NCBI GenBank assembly: GCA_024229195.1
Contig: JAAESS010000141.1
Span: forward strand, 1-54,532
Source of the DNA: Flavobacteriales bacterium
Lineage (GTDB): Bacteria; Bacteroidota; Bacteroidia; Flavobacteriales; Flavobacteriaceae
DNA length: 54,532 bases
Direction: 5' to 3'
Under the pieces are notes generated by a model. It had not been told where the DNA came from. It searched no databases and saw only the letters and a program-made list of their open reading frames with translations. Position 1 is the first letter of the stretch. Every line of letters begins with the position of its first letter. Of this stretch, positions 10,205-18,392 are shown in pieces. A program made the position numbers and the translations under genes.

Positions 10205-10423
10205 ATGAACCCTTCACAGTTAAAACTAAATCTAATAAAACATATCACTCAGATTGAAGATGTCAATCTTTTACAAAGGATGCAGGCATTTTTAAATACT
10301 TCTGGCAGTTTGTATAATGACAAGCTCCATGAAATTCCTAGTTTGCGTAATAATAAAAATGAGGATTTCAATGATAAGGAAGATTTTACCGATTATATAA
10401 AAGAATGGGTAAAAGACATGTAA
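10205..10423 (+). CDS. Small hypothetical protein (72 aa)
   Basis: Fills the thyA-2TM gap with 18- and 13-nt spacers; amphipathic helical N-terminus. Confidence 0.6.
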   Translation: MNPSQLKLNLIKHITQIEDVNLLQRMQAFLNTSGSLYNDKLHEIPSLRNNKNEDFNDKEDFTDYIKEWVKDM

Positions 10424-10436
10424 TGACCTCTTTATT

Positions 10437-10793
10437 TTGAAAGCAACATTAGATCACGAATATTACGAAAAAGCAAGAAAGCGCACTAAACAAAAGAAGC
10501 GATTGTATTTTCATTTCGTATTGTTTCTAGTTGGATCTGCATTTTTTGTAATACTCAACAAAGTCATAAAGTTCCATCCTGAAATAGACTGGTACGTCTG
10601 GGCCATATTTGCCTGGCTTGTATTATTGATCCTGCATTTTATAAATGTATTTGTGATGAATAAATTCTTCGATAAGGATTGGGAAAGACTTCAGACTGAA
10701 AAACTTATTCAAAAACATAAAGACAAAGTAGAAAAATTGGAAGTAAAACTTGAAAAATCAGGTGCTTTTGATAATCTGGAAGATAATTCCTAA
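10437..10793 (+). CDS. 2TM domain-containing membrane protein
   Basis: YEKARKR..K.LYFHFVLF, two hydrophobic helices, then DWE: typical 2TM pattern. TTG start. Confidence 0.8.
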   Translation: MKATLDHEYYEKARKRTKQKKRLYFHFVLFLVGSAFFVILNKVIKFHPEIDWYVWAIFAWLVLLILHFINVFVMNKFFDKDWERLQTEKLIQKHKDKVEKLEVKLEKSGAFDNLEDNS

Positions 10794-10805
10794 ATAATTA
10801 TTCCT

Positions 10806-11291
10806 ATGCTTACGATAATTGCAGCTGTGGCGAAAAATAATGCCCTTGGTAAAAATAATGATTTGATCTGGCGCTTACCTGCCGACTTGAAACGATTCAA
10901 GAAAGTTACGCTTGGACATCATATCATCATGGGAAGAAAAACTTTTGAATCACTTGGCAAGCCTTTGCCAAACAGAACTACTATTATAATTACGCGTAAT
11001 AAAAACTATCAGGTCGATAACTGTATTGTTGTGGACTCTCTTGAAAAAGCGATCCTAGCGGCTAAAGATGATGCCAATCCATATGTTCTCGGGGGAGGAG
11101 AAATTTATAAAGAAGCTTTAGCACATGCTGATATTCTGGATCTTACTTTGGTTCATCATTCATTTGAAGATGCCGACACTTTTTTCCCTGAAATTGATTT
11201 TGAGAAATGGAAAGAGGTAAAAAGAGAAGATTTCGATGCCGATGAGACCCATGATTATGCCTATAGCTTTGTCACTTATAAAAAAAAGTGA
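10806..11291 (+). CDS. folA: Dihydrofolate reductase
   Basis: LIWRLPADLKRFK, IMGRKTFES, PLPNR, GGGEIY, DTFFP. Confidence 0.97.
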   Translation: MLTIIAAVAKNNALGKNNDLIWRLPADLKRFKKVTLGHHIIMGRKTFESLGKPLPNRTTIIITRNKNYQVDNCIVVDSLEKAILAAKDDANPYVLGGGEIYKEALAHADILDLTLVHHSFEDADTFFPEIDFEKWKEVKREDFDADETHDYAYSFVTYKKK

Positions 11292-11315
11292 GTCCCTATG
11301 GGAAGGACTCACTTT
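11285..11315. terminator. Probably bidirectional terminator between folA and the convergent gene
   Basis: AAAGTGAGTCC-9nt-GGACTCACTTT perfect 11-bp stem with an A-run on the left. Confidence 0.75.
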
Positions 11316-11348
11316 GACAAAATCTCACAATAATTAATAATGGGTAAT

Positions 11349-11939
11349 TTAAATTTTTATCGTTTTGGTAAATCGTCTCCCATTCGACTTAAATACGAAA
11401 AGATAGTTCCCTTTTTTTGCTTTCGAAAAATCATAAATTTTCTTTACATGTTTTTGACTATCTACTTTTTCTGATAAGACTAAATCATAATTATCTGCAT
11501 AATAGATGTTGTATTCAATAGGGCTTTTTTCAAAAGAGACTCTTGAAACAAAAACCATATCATCTTTTACCCTCACAAAAGGTTTGAAGATGGTTGATTT
11601 TTGTTCTTTTTTAAACACTACCTGATTAGACACTACAGTAAACGGGATGATCACTATTTCCAACTCTGTATCAAGTTCAAAATAATATTCTCCATTAGGA
11701 AGACTTGTAAGATCAAACCCTTTAGAATAATCACCTTTTTTTACAATTGATTCTTTGTAAAGTACAATACCACCTCCATCTTTTATGGACAACTTCGAGC
11801 CTGGTTTAACTTTTTTGAAATTAATGCTCGTTACCTTAGGTTCTTTTTCTTTGATTGGGTTTATCTCCGCATTTGCGAATGTTAACATCGAGACAAATAG
11901 TCCAAGAACCAATACACTTTTCTTTGTTAATTTTTTCAT
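11349..11939 (-). CDS. Secreted hypothetical protein with two tandem small Ig-like / T9SS-CTD-like repeats
   Basis: Signal peptide ending FANA; repeats ...IVLYKE..KGFDLTSLPNGEYYF and ...LVLSEK..KIYDFSKAKKGNYLF; ends FTKTIKI. Confidence 0.7.
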   Translation of the reverse strand: MKKLTKKSVLVLGLFVSMLTFANAEINPIKEKEPKVTSINFKKVKPGSKLSIKDGGGIVLYKESIVKKGDYSKGFDLTSLPNGEYYFELDTELEIVIIPFTVVSNQVVFKKEQKSTIFKPFVRVKDDMVFVSRVSFEKSPIEYNIYYADNYDLVLSEKVDSQKHVKKIYDFSKAKKGNYLFVFKSNGRRFTKTIKI

Positions 11940-11967
11940 TGTATATATTTATTAAAATTAGACATGA

Positions 11968-12029
11968 CAAATGTATAATCACTTTTAATTCATGAAAACA
12001 ACTTAATTGGCTAATTTATATACTTAATT
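11968..12029 (-). promoter_or_regulatory. -7 element (TACATTTG, 11968-11975) plus two ACTTAATT direct repeats 21 bp apart
   Basis: Repeats at 12001-12008 and 12022-12029 (+ strand spelling), just upstream of the expected -33 position. Confidence 0.5.
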
Positions 12030-12145
12030 AACAGATTATCCCACTCAAACATACATATTAGATAAAATAATACATAATAAGGTTAAATTCGTACAGAATA
12101 CAAAAAACAAAATAGATTATTTTTGTACTGTAAAGGAATAGTAAC

Positions 12146-13018
12146 ATGATCAATAAAAAACCTAGTTTTGAAAAAATAAGCCCAAGTTTTGGCAGCAGTA
12201 TTTCTGTAAAACAACATAGTAACGAGGTAATCAACAACTTTGCTTACTGGCATTTTCATCCGGAGGTTGAATTGGTGTATGTAAATAAAGGACAGGGTAA
12301 AAGACACATCGGAAATCACCTTTCCTATTTCAATAACAGTATGCTGATCCTAATCGGATCTAATTTACCCCATCACGGTTTTGTTGACAGACTTACCACA
12401 AATGGTAAGGAGACCATCGTTCAGTTCAAATTAGACTTTCTTGGAAACATTTTTTACAATATTCCTGAAATGGGTAATATCAATGCCCTTTTTGAAAGAG
12501 CGAAAAAAGGAATCATCTTTAAACCTGAAACAAAAAAACTCGTTGGCCCAAAAGTTGAAGAACTTTTGGAACACAAAGGAATGTCACGGGTGATCAAATT
12601 ACTGGAGATACTCAACGACTTATCACTTGCGAATGATTACTCTTTATTAAATGTTGATGGATTTGCCTTTGAAACAGAGCCTCAGGACAGTGAAAAGATC
12701 GATATTATCTTTAAACATGTCAACAACAATTTTAAAAGGCATATCAGTCTCGATGAGATTTCGGATAAAGTGAGTATGACCACTCCCGCATTTTGTCGAT
12801 ATTTCAAAAAGGCTACAGGTAAAACTTTCACCAAACTAGTCAACGAATACAGAGTTGTACATGCGACAAAATTATTACAGGAGAATCAATCTAGTATCAC
12901 AGATATCTGCTTTGAGTGTGGTTTCAACAACTTTTCACATTTCAACAGATTATTCAAAGAATTTACCGGAAAAAGCGCTTCAAAGTACAGAAGTGAAATG
13001 AAACGTATGATTCATTAA
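12146..13018 (+). CDS. AraC family transcriptional regulator with cupin sensor domain
   Basis: WHFHPEVELVYV...GSNLPH cupin; ITDICFECGFNNFSHFNRLFK HTH. Confidence 0.92.
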   Translation: MINKKPSFEKISPSFGSSISVKQHSNEVINNFAYWHFHPEVELVYVNKGQGKRHIGNHLSYFNNSMLILIGSNLPHHGFVDRLTTNGKETIVQFKLDFLGNIFYNIPEMGNINALFERAKKGIIFKPETKKLVGPKVEELLEHKGMSRVIKLLEILNDLSLANDYSLLNVDGFAFETEPQDSEKIDIIFKHVNNNFKRHISLDEISDKVSMTTPAFCRYFKKATGKTFTKLVNEYRVVHATKLLQENQSSITDICFECGFNNFSHFNRLFKEFTGKSASKYRSEMKRMIH

Positions 13019-13021
13019 ATA

Positions 13022-14788
13022 CTATTTGATCTCCAATAAAAAAGGTAGTCTGGTCTGAATTCCTTTCCAATCACCAAACTGCTGTATTTGCTTATAAATT
13101 TTTACATTCTCCTCCCCGATCTCATCGATAAGAATTTGCTGCTTTACACTGGCGAACGGGCCCGAAAACATATCTTTCAATTCTTTTTTATAATTAGGAT
13201 AATTCCTTAACCTGTATTCGTCAATATTCACTAAAGACGCTGCCAGATCGATAGCATCTTCCAAACCTCCTAATTCGTCAACCAAACCGTTTTCTAGGGC
13301 TTGCTTACCGGTCCATACCCTACCTTGAGCGATAGAATCAACCTCTTCAAAAGTCATATTTCTTCCATCCGCTACTTTCGTCACGAAAGTAGAATAAACC
13401 TCTTCAATTCCTTCTTTGGTTACTTTATAAAAATCATCGGTCATTGGCTCAAACAAACTGTAGTTTAGCGAACGCTTATTTGTTCCTACTTGCTCTGCAT
13501 TTATACCAATTCGCTCAGTGAATTCACTGATGTTAGGCACCATTCCAAACACACCTATACTACCTGTAATTGTTGTAGGGTCGGCTACAATTTTATCGGC
13601 ATTACAAGAAATATAATAACCTCCTGAAGCGGCTAAATTTCCCATTGACACCACTACTGGCTTATCCTTTTTGGTGATTTCAATCTCTCTCCAAATAATA
13701 TCAGATGCAAGAGCACTTCCTCCCGGAGAATTAACCCGTAAGACAATAGCTTTAATATCTTTGGATTTTCTTGCCTTTTTCAATGATTCTATGATAAGCT
13801 CAGGACCAATATTATTCTCATTTCCTTTACCATAGATGATCTCACCTTGGGCATAGATCACTGCAATTTTATCTGAAGCATTCGTAATAATTCTTCCTTT
13901 TCCTGAATTGATATAATTCTTCAGAGTTACTGAATATAATTTTCTGTTTTCTTCAAGCCCGCCAAGTCGTTTCAATACCTTAATATATTGATCCTTGTAT
14001 AATTTTCCACTAATCATTCGATTCTCAATAGCCAGATCGGGAGTTCTAGCCATAAGTTCATCTGCAATATGATTGATTTCACTAGCCTCTATCTTTCTAC
14101 TTTCCTCCATATCCTCAACCATTTCTGACCAGATGGAGTTTAGAAATGCCTCTGTTTGCTCACGATTCTCTGCGCTCATTTCGTTCGCTATAAAGGGCTC
14201 AACTGCACTTTTGTACTTGCCATGTCGAATTACCTCCATTTTCATCCCATATTTTTCCTGGAAATCTTTAAAAAAGAGCACTTCACCTGACAATCCTCTA
14301 AAATCAATCATGCCCACAGGATTTACATAAATTGAATCCGCAACAGAGCTCAAATAAAAATTTCTCTGCTCATAAACATCAGCATAGGCAGTTATGAATT
14401 TACCGGATTCCTTAAATTCGAACAATTTATCTCTGATTTCCTGAATCTGTCCCATTCCACCCTGGATCATCAAAGACTCTATACTTATTCCTAAAATTTT
14501 ATCATCGTATTTCGCATTATCAATAGCATTCAATATCTTATTGAGACCCATTTTATCCTCCTCCAGACCTAAAATCATGGCAAATGGATCATCTGTTTTT
14601 GGGGCATAATCTTTAATAACATCCTCGAGTTTTAATACCAAAACTGAGTTATTCTTCACAAGCACCTTTTCATCGTCAGTAAAACTTGAACTCAACACAG
14701 AGCCAATGGCCACAAACACGAAGAACATAATCATAAACGAAATAAACACGCCTAAGATAACCGCTAATAATTCTCTTAAAAAAGTCAT
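13022..14788 (-). CDS. sppA: Signal peptide peptidase SppA (protease IV, 67K type)
   Basis: RHGKYKSAVEP, LRVNSPGGSALAS, AASGGYYI, TGSIGV, GRVWTG. Confidence 0.95.
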   Translation of the reverse strand: MTFLRELLAVILGVFISFMIMFFVFVAIGSVLSSSFTDDEKVLVKNNSVLVLKLEDVIKDYAPKTDDPFAMILGLEEDKMGLNKILNAIDNAKYDDKILGISIESLMIQGGMGQIQEIRDKLFEFKESGKFITAYADVYEQRNFYLSSVADSIYVNPVGMIDFRGLSGEVLFFKDFQEKYGMKMEVIRHGKYKSAVEPFIANEMSAENREQTEAFLNSIWSEMVEDMEESRKIEASEINHIADELMARTPDLAIENRMISGKLYKDQYIKVLKRLGGLEENRKLYSVTLKNYINSGKGRIITNASDKIAVIYAQGEIIYGKGNENNIGPELIIESLKKARKSKDIKAIVLRVNSPGGSALASDIIWREIEITKKDKPVVVSMGNLAASGGYYISCNADKIVADPTTITGSIGVFGMVPNISEFTERIGINAEQVGTNKRSLNYSLFEPMTDDFYKVTKEGIEEVYSTFVTKVADGRNMTFEEVDSIAQGRVWTGKQALENGLVDELGGLEDAIDLAASLVNIDEYRLRNYPNYKKELKDMFSGPFASVKQQILIDEIGEENVKIYKQIQQFGDWKGIQTRLPFLLEIK

Positions 14789-14809
14789 TCAATCAATTTT
14801 TATTTATAA

Positions 14810-14835
14810 GTCGTAAATAGCGGTTAAATGTTACA
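14810..14835 (-). promoter_or_regulatory. ECF-sigma-type promoter candidate for sppA
   Basis: Minus strand TGTAAC-N16-CGAC, ending 21 nt upstream of the ATG. Confidence 0.5.
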
Positions 14836-14979
14836 AATGTTAAAAACTAAAGCGCAAACACATCCGATTTAAGACATGGTTTTGTTTTCTTTGTAATAAC
14901 CTTAGATCAACGAGATAATTTCCCTCAATATAGGATGTAATTGTTAATTTTCATCCGATTTAAATAAAAATAACTGATC

Positions 14980-16113
14980 TTGAAAATTGTACGTACATCA
15001 TATTTATCTTTAGGAACCAACTTGGGTCATAGGATTGATAATTTACAGTACGCCATTGATGAAATAAACAATTCCATGGGTCATATACGAAAAATCTCAT
15101 CCGTATATAAATCAAAATCATGGGGTTTTGAAGGTGAAGACTTCTACAATATTTGTCTTGAAATATCGAGTAGTCTTAGCCCGGAAAAAATGCTCAAGTC
15201 TGTCTTACATATCGAGCAGAAACTGGGCCGGTTGAGACATGCTCAGAAAGGATATAATAACCGAATTATTGATATAGATATTTTACTGTTTGATGATGAG
15301 ATCATTTTTTATAATGATCTTAAAGTACCTCATCCCGAAATGCTCAAAAGAAAATTCGTGTTGGTTCCATTGACGGAAATTGCTCCTAATGTAATTCATC
15401 CGATTGCAAAAAAAACCGTCCTGATTTGTTTACAGAACTGCGCAGACGACGGGGTAATTGAAAAAACAGATGCCCTACTTAAAAGACCCATTTCCTTGGT
15501 AGAAAAGTATAATTATATTGCTATCGAAGGCAATATAGGTTCAGGTAAAACAAGTCTTGCCAATAAAATTGGAGATGATTATAATGCAAAACTTGTTCTC
15601 GAAAGATTCGCTGACAACCCCTTTCTTCCCAAATTCTATGCGGATGAAGAACGTTATGCATTTCCACTTGAAATGAGTTTTCTAGCAGATAGATATCATC
15701 AACTAACAGATGATCTTGCTCAATTTGATTTGTTTAAAAATTTTATTGTTTCTGACTATTTTATTTTTAAATCACTCATTTTTGCGCAAGTTACCTTACC
15801 AAAAGAGGAATACAGTCTTTATCGAAAAATGTTTGACATTATGTATAAGGAAATTTCTAAGCCAGATGTGTATGTCTTTTTATATCAAAATACTGATAGA
15901 CTGATCGAAAATATAAAAAAGAGGGGTCGAGACTATGAGCAGAACATTCAGGCAGACTATCTTGACAAAATACATAAAGGATATTTACAGTTTATCAAAT
16001 CAAAGGAAGAATTAAATACCCTGATGATTGATGTTTCAGAGCTTGACTTCGTCAATAATGAGAGTGATTATAGAATTGTTTTAAAGCAGATTCTTGACTT
16101 CAAGTCAGATTAA
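14980..16113 (+). CDS. folK: Fused 2-amino-4-hydroxy-6-hydroxymethyldihydropteridine diphosphokinase / deoxynucleoside kinase
   Basis: N-terminal LSLGTNLG, RIIDIDIL, PHP..R.FVLVPL (HPPK); C-terminal IAIEGNIGSGKT P-loop, NPFLPKFY, IKKRGRDYE (dNK). Confidence 0.92.
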   Translation: MKIVRTSYLSLGTNLGHRIDNLQYAIDEINNSMGHIRKISSVYKSKSWGFEGEDFYNICLEISSSLSPEKMLKSVLHIEQKLGRLRHAQKGYNNRIIDIDILLFDDEIIFYNDLKVPHPEMLKRKFVLVPLTEIAPNVIHPIAKKTVLICLQNCADDGVIEKTDALLKRPISLVEKYNYIAIEGNIGSGKTSLANKIGDDYNAKLVLERFADNPFLPKFYADEERYAFPLEMSFLADRYHQLTDDLAQFDLFKNFIVSDYFIFKSLIFAQVTLPKEEYSLYRKMFDIMYKEISKPDVYVFLYQNTDRLIENIKKRGRDYEQNIQADYLDKIHKGYLQFIKSKEELNTLMIDVSELDFVNNESDYRIVLKQILDFKSD

Positions 16114-16156
16114 GTTGTATTCTTTTTGAAAAACAGCCTGTATTTGAAAAAAACAA

Positions 16157-16495
16157 CTATTCCCGTTTAATTCCCATTTTTTCTGCATAGTAGTCACAAA
16201 AATCACGCATCGTTGCGCTCATTTTTTCGTCTCCGGTGGCAGTTTCAAAAGTATCAGCCATCGAAGTTAAAGTTTGATGAAAAAATTGAATCATCTCATT
16301 GACAGGCATCTCCTTGGTCCAAAGGTTTATTTTATAGGTATCTTTTTGAGAAGAATCCCAAACGGAAAGTAATAAGGCCTTGGCTTCCATATTCTCAATG
16401 GCTCCGTCATCAGCTGACCAGTTTAATTTTTCCGGAACCCGGTTTTCATCTAATCCTACATTGATCTTTATTTCTGAACTGTGCTTTACTGCCAT
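16157..16495 (-). CDS. gldC: Gliding motility protein GldC
   Basis: LDENRVPEKL.WSA.DG, LWTKEMPV.EM..FFHQTL, MRDFCDY; directly downstream of gldB. Confidence 0.9.
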   Translation of the reverse strand: MAVKHSSEIKINVGLDENRVPEKLNWSADDGAIENMEAKALLLSVWDSSQKDTYKINLWTKEMPVNEMIQFFHQTLTSMADTFETATGDEKMSATMRDFCDYYAEKMGIKRE

Positions 16496-16559
16496 AATAT
16501 TTCTTTTCTAAAATTTTAAAGTGATTCAAGAATTTATTTTGAAACTCTTCTTCTATATT

Positions 16560-17528
16560 TTACTTCTTTTTAGGTTTGTATTTTGATTTTCTGAAAATCT
16601 CTTCATTATCTGCTAAAATCATTTCCTGTAAAGAGATATCATTATTCTTCATAAATGAATTGACAATTTGCCAGCCAAACCAAGCACCTATTCTTCCAGG
16701 AGAATCTTTATCAACTTCCAAATAAAATTTTGAGAACGGAGCTTCATGTATAAATCTTTCACTTAAATTCGGATCGTTGGAATACAACATTTCATTTTGA
16801 ATAAAATATTTCCAAATATCACTTTCACTTATTTCTGCCCATTGGTATTGTTGATCTTCATAACCCATTATTTGAGCTCTTTCAAGTTCTGGAAGAAAAG
16901 CGGCGATCAAATACAATTTTTTGCCCTCCTGAACAATTCTTGAAAGAAATGAATTCGTTGCTGATGGTCTGAGTATAGGCAGAGAAATCTGCTCTGCAGC
17001 ATCTACCAGGAGATGATCATTATTGAAATTTTGTTTGATATAATTCGGGTAATCCTGATACACTTCATGGTCTTTTCCCAGATAGACATCAAGAGAGACA
17101 AATAACAGACTATCAGCATAAACAACCTTATTATCGTAATCAACATTCGATAAAATCGTAATTACCTTAGGTTCTTTAAATTTTGGATAATAATATTTTA
17201 CATGCTTGAACAAATTCGTCAATCCTTCACTTTGATCAGAAAAATCTCCAAAGGTCTTCTGTGCCGATGAAAACAGAAACAGCTCATCCTCATCCCTCAT
17301 TTTTGAGATCCATACAGAATCTGGATTTGGTTCCGGAAAGAGGTAAGGAAATTCAGCTTTAAGCTTCCCAAGATCTTCAGGTAGAGCCGTATAAAACTTT
17401 TGATCAAACCTGATCAATTCGGTCATAGCTTCTATCTCCGATACGTCAATTTGTTTCACCTTTTTTTTACTACAAGCCAAAAGGTTTAGCAATAATAAAG
17501 TGACTAAAGTATATTTAATAACATTCAT
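16560..17528 (-). CDS. gldB: Gliding motility lipoprotein GldB
   Basis: Lipobox LLAC; APFSKFYLE.D..SPGRIG.W.GWQIV; ends SKYKPKK. Confidence 0.9.
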   Translation of the reverse strand: MNVIKYTLVTLLLLNLLACSKKKVKQIDVSEIEAMTELIRFDQKFYTALPEDLGKLKAEFPYLFPEPNPDSVWISKMRDEDELFLFSSAQKTFGDFSDQSEGLTNLFKHVKYYYPKFKEPKVITILSNVDYDNKVVYADSLLFVSLDVYLGKDHEVYQDYPNYIKQNFNNDHLLVDAAEQISLPILRPSATNSFLSRIVQEGKKLYLIAAFLPELERAQIMGYEDQQYQWAEISESDIWKYFIQNEMLYSNDPNLSERFIHEAPFSKFYLEVDKDSPGRIGAWFGWQIVNSFMKNNDISLQEMILADNEEIFRKSKYKPKKK

Positions 17529-17594
17529 TTAAAATAATTGCCAATAAAAATTAATATTTTTGTGCTTCGCAAAACTAATAAATACTTAGCAATA

Positions 17595-18392
17595 ATGAAC
17601 ACAGAAAAAGTTACAAATCATATTGTGAACTGGTTAAAAGATTATGCCAACAAAGCCGGAGTAAAAGGTTTTGTTATTGGAGTCTCAGGAGGTATTGATT
17701 CTGCTGTAACTTCAACACTATGCGCAAGAACCGGACTAGAGGTACTTTGCTTGGAAATGCCAATTCATCAGGCACCTTCACAAGTAAACAGGGCCTTGAA
17801 TCACATGGAATGGCTACAGAAAAATTACAGCAATGTCAACATGACCAAGGTAAATCTTACGCCTGTTTTTGAAAGTTTTTTGGCTGCCGTTCCTGATGTC
17901 AGCAATGAAGAAGACAGGTTTATGTCTCTTGCCAATACAAGAGCGAGATTGCGAATGTCTTCTCTCTATTACTTTGCTGCTCTTAAAAGCCTTCTCGTGG
18001 CAGGAACCGGAAATAAAGTAGAAGATTTTGGTGTTGGCTTCTATACAAAATATGGAGATGGAGGGGTAGATTTAAGCCCGATTGCAGATCTTATGAAAAG
18101 TGAGGTTTATGCACTTGCTGAGCATATGGGAGTCCATCAGGAAATTATTGATGCGGCACCGACAGATGGACTTTGGGGTGATGACCGAACCGATGAAGAT
18201 CAAATTGGCGCCAGTTATGACGAATTAGAATGGGCAATGCATCATCTCGAGAAACAAGATCATAATGACGAGCTTTCAGTAAGGCAAACAGAAGTACTGC
18301 GCATCTATAACAAATTGCACAATGCAAACTTGCATAAAATGATACCTATTCCTGTTTGTGAAATTCCTGCGTCCTTAAAAAATCATGTTTAG
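17595..18392 (+). CDS. nadE: NH3-dependent NAD+ synthetase
   Basis: SGGIDS, ANTRARLRM, GFYTKYGDG, PTDGLW. Start moved to ATG 17595 because a TATTTTTG promoter box (17555-17562) lies inside the longer ORF call. Confidence 0.95.
   Translation: MNTEKVTNHIVNWLKDYANKAGVKGFVIGVSGGIDSAVTSTLCARTGLEVLCLEMPIHQAPSQVNRALNHMEWLQKNYSNVNMTKVNLTPVFESFLAAVPDVSNEEDRFMSLANTRARLRMSSLYYFAALKSLLVAGTGNKVEDFGVGFYTKYGDGGVDLSPIADLMKSEVYALAEHMGVHQEIIDAAPTDGLWGDDRTDEDQIGASYDELEWAMHHLEKQDHNDELSVRQTEVLRIYNKLHNANLHKMIPIPVCEIPASLKNHV

Noticed and set aside
17538-17594. N-terminal extension of NadE in the ORF track
   Set aside because: Contains a TATTTTTG promoter box; homology starts at the ATG at 17595
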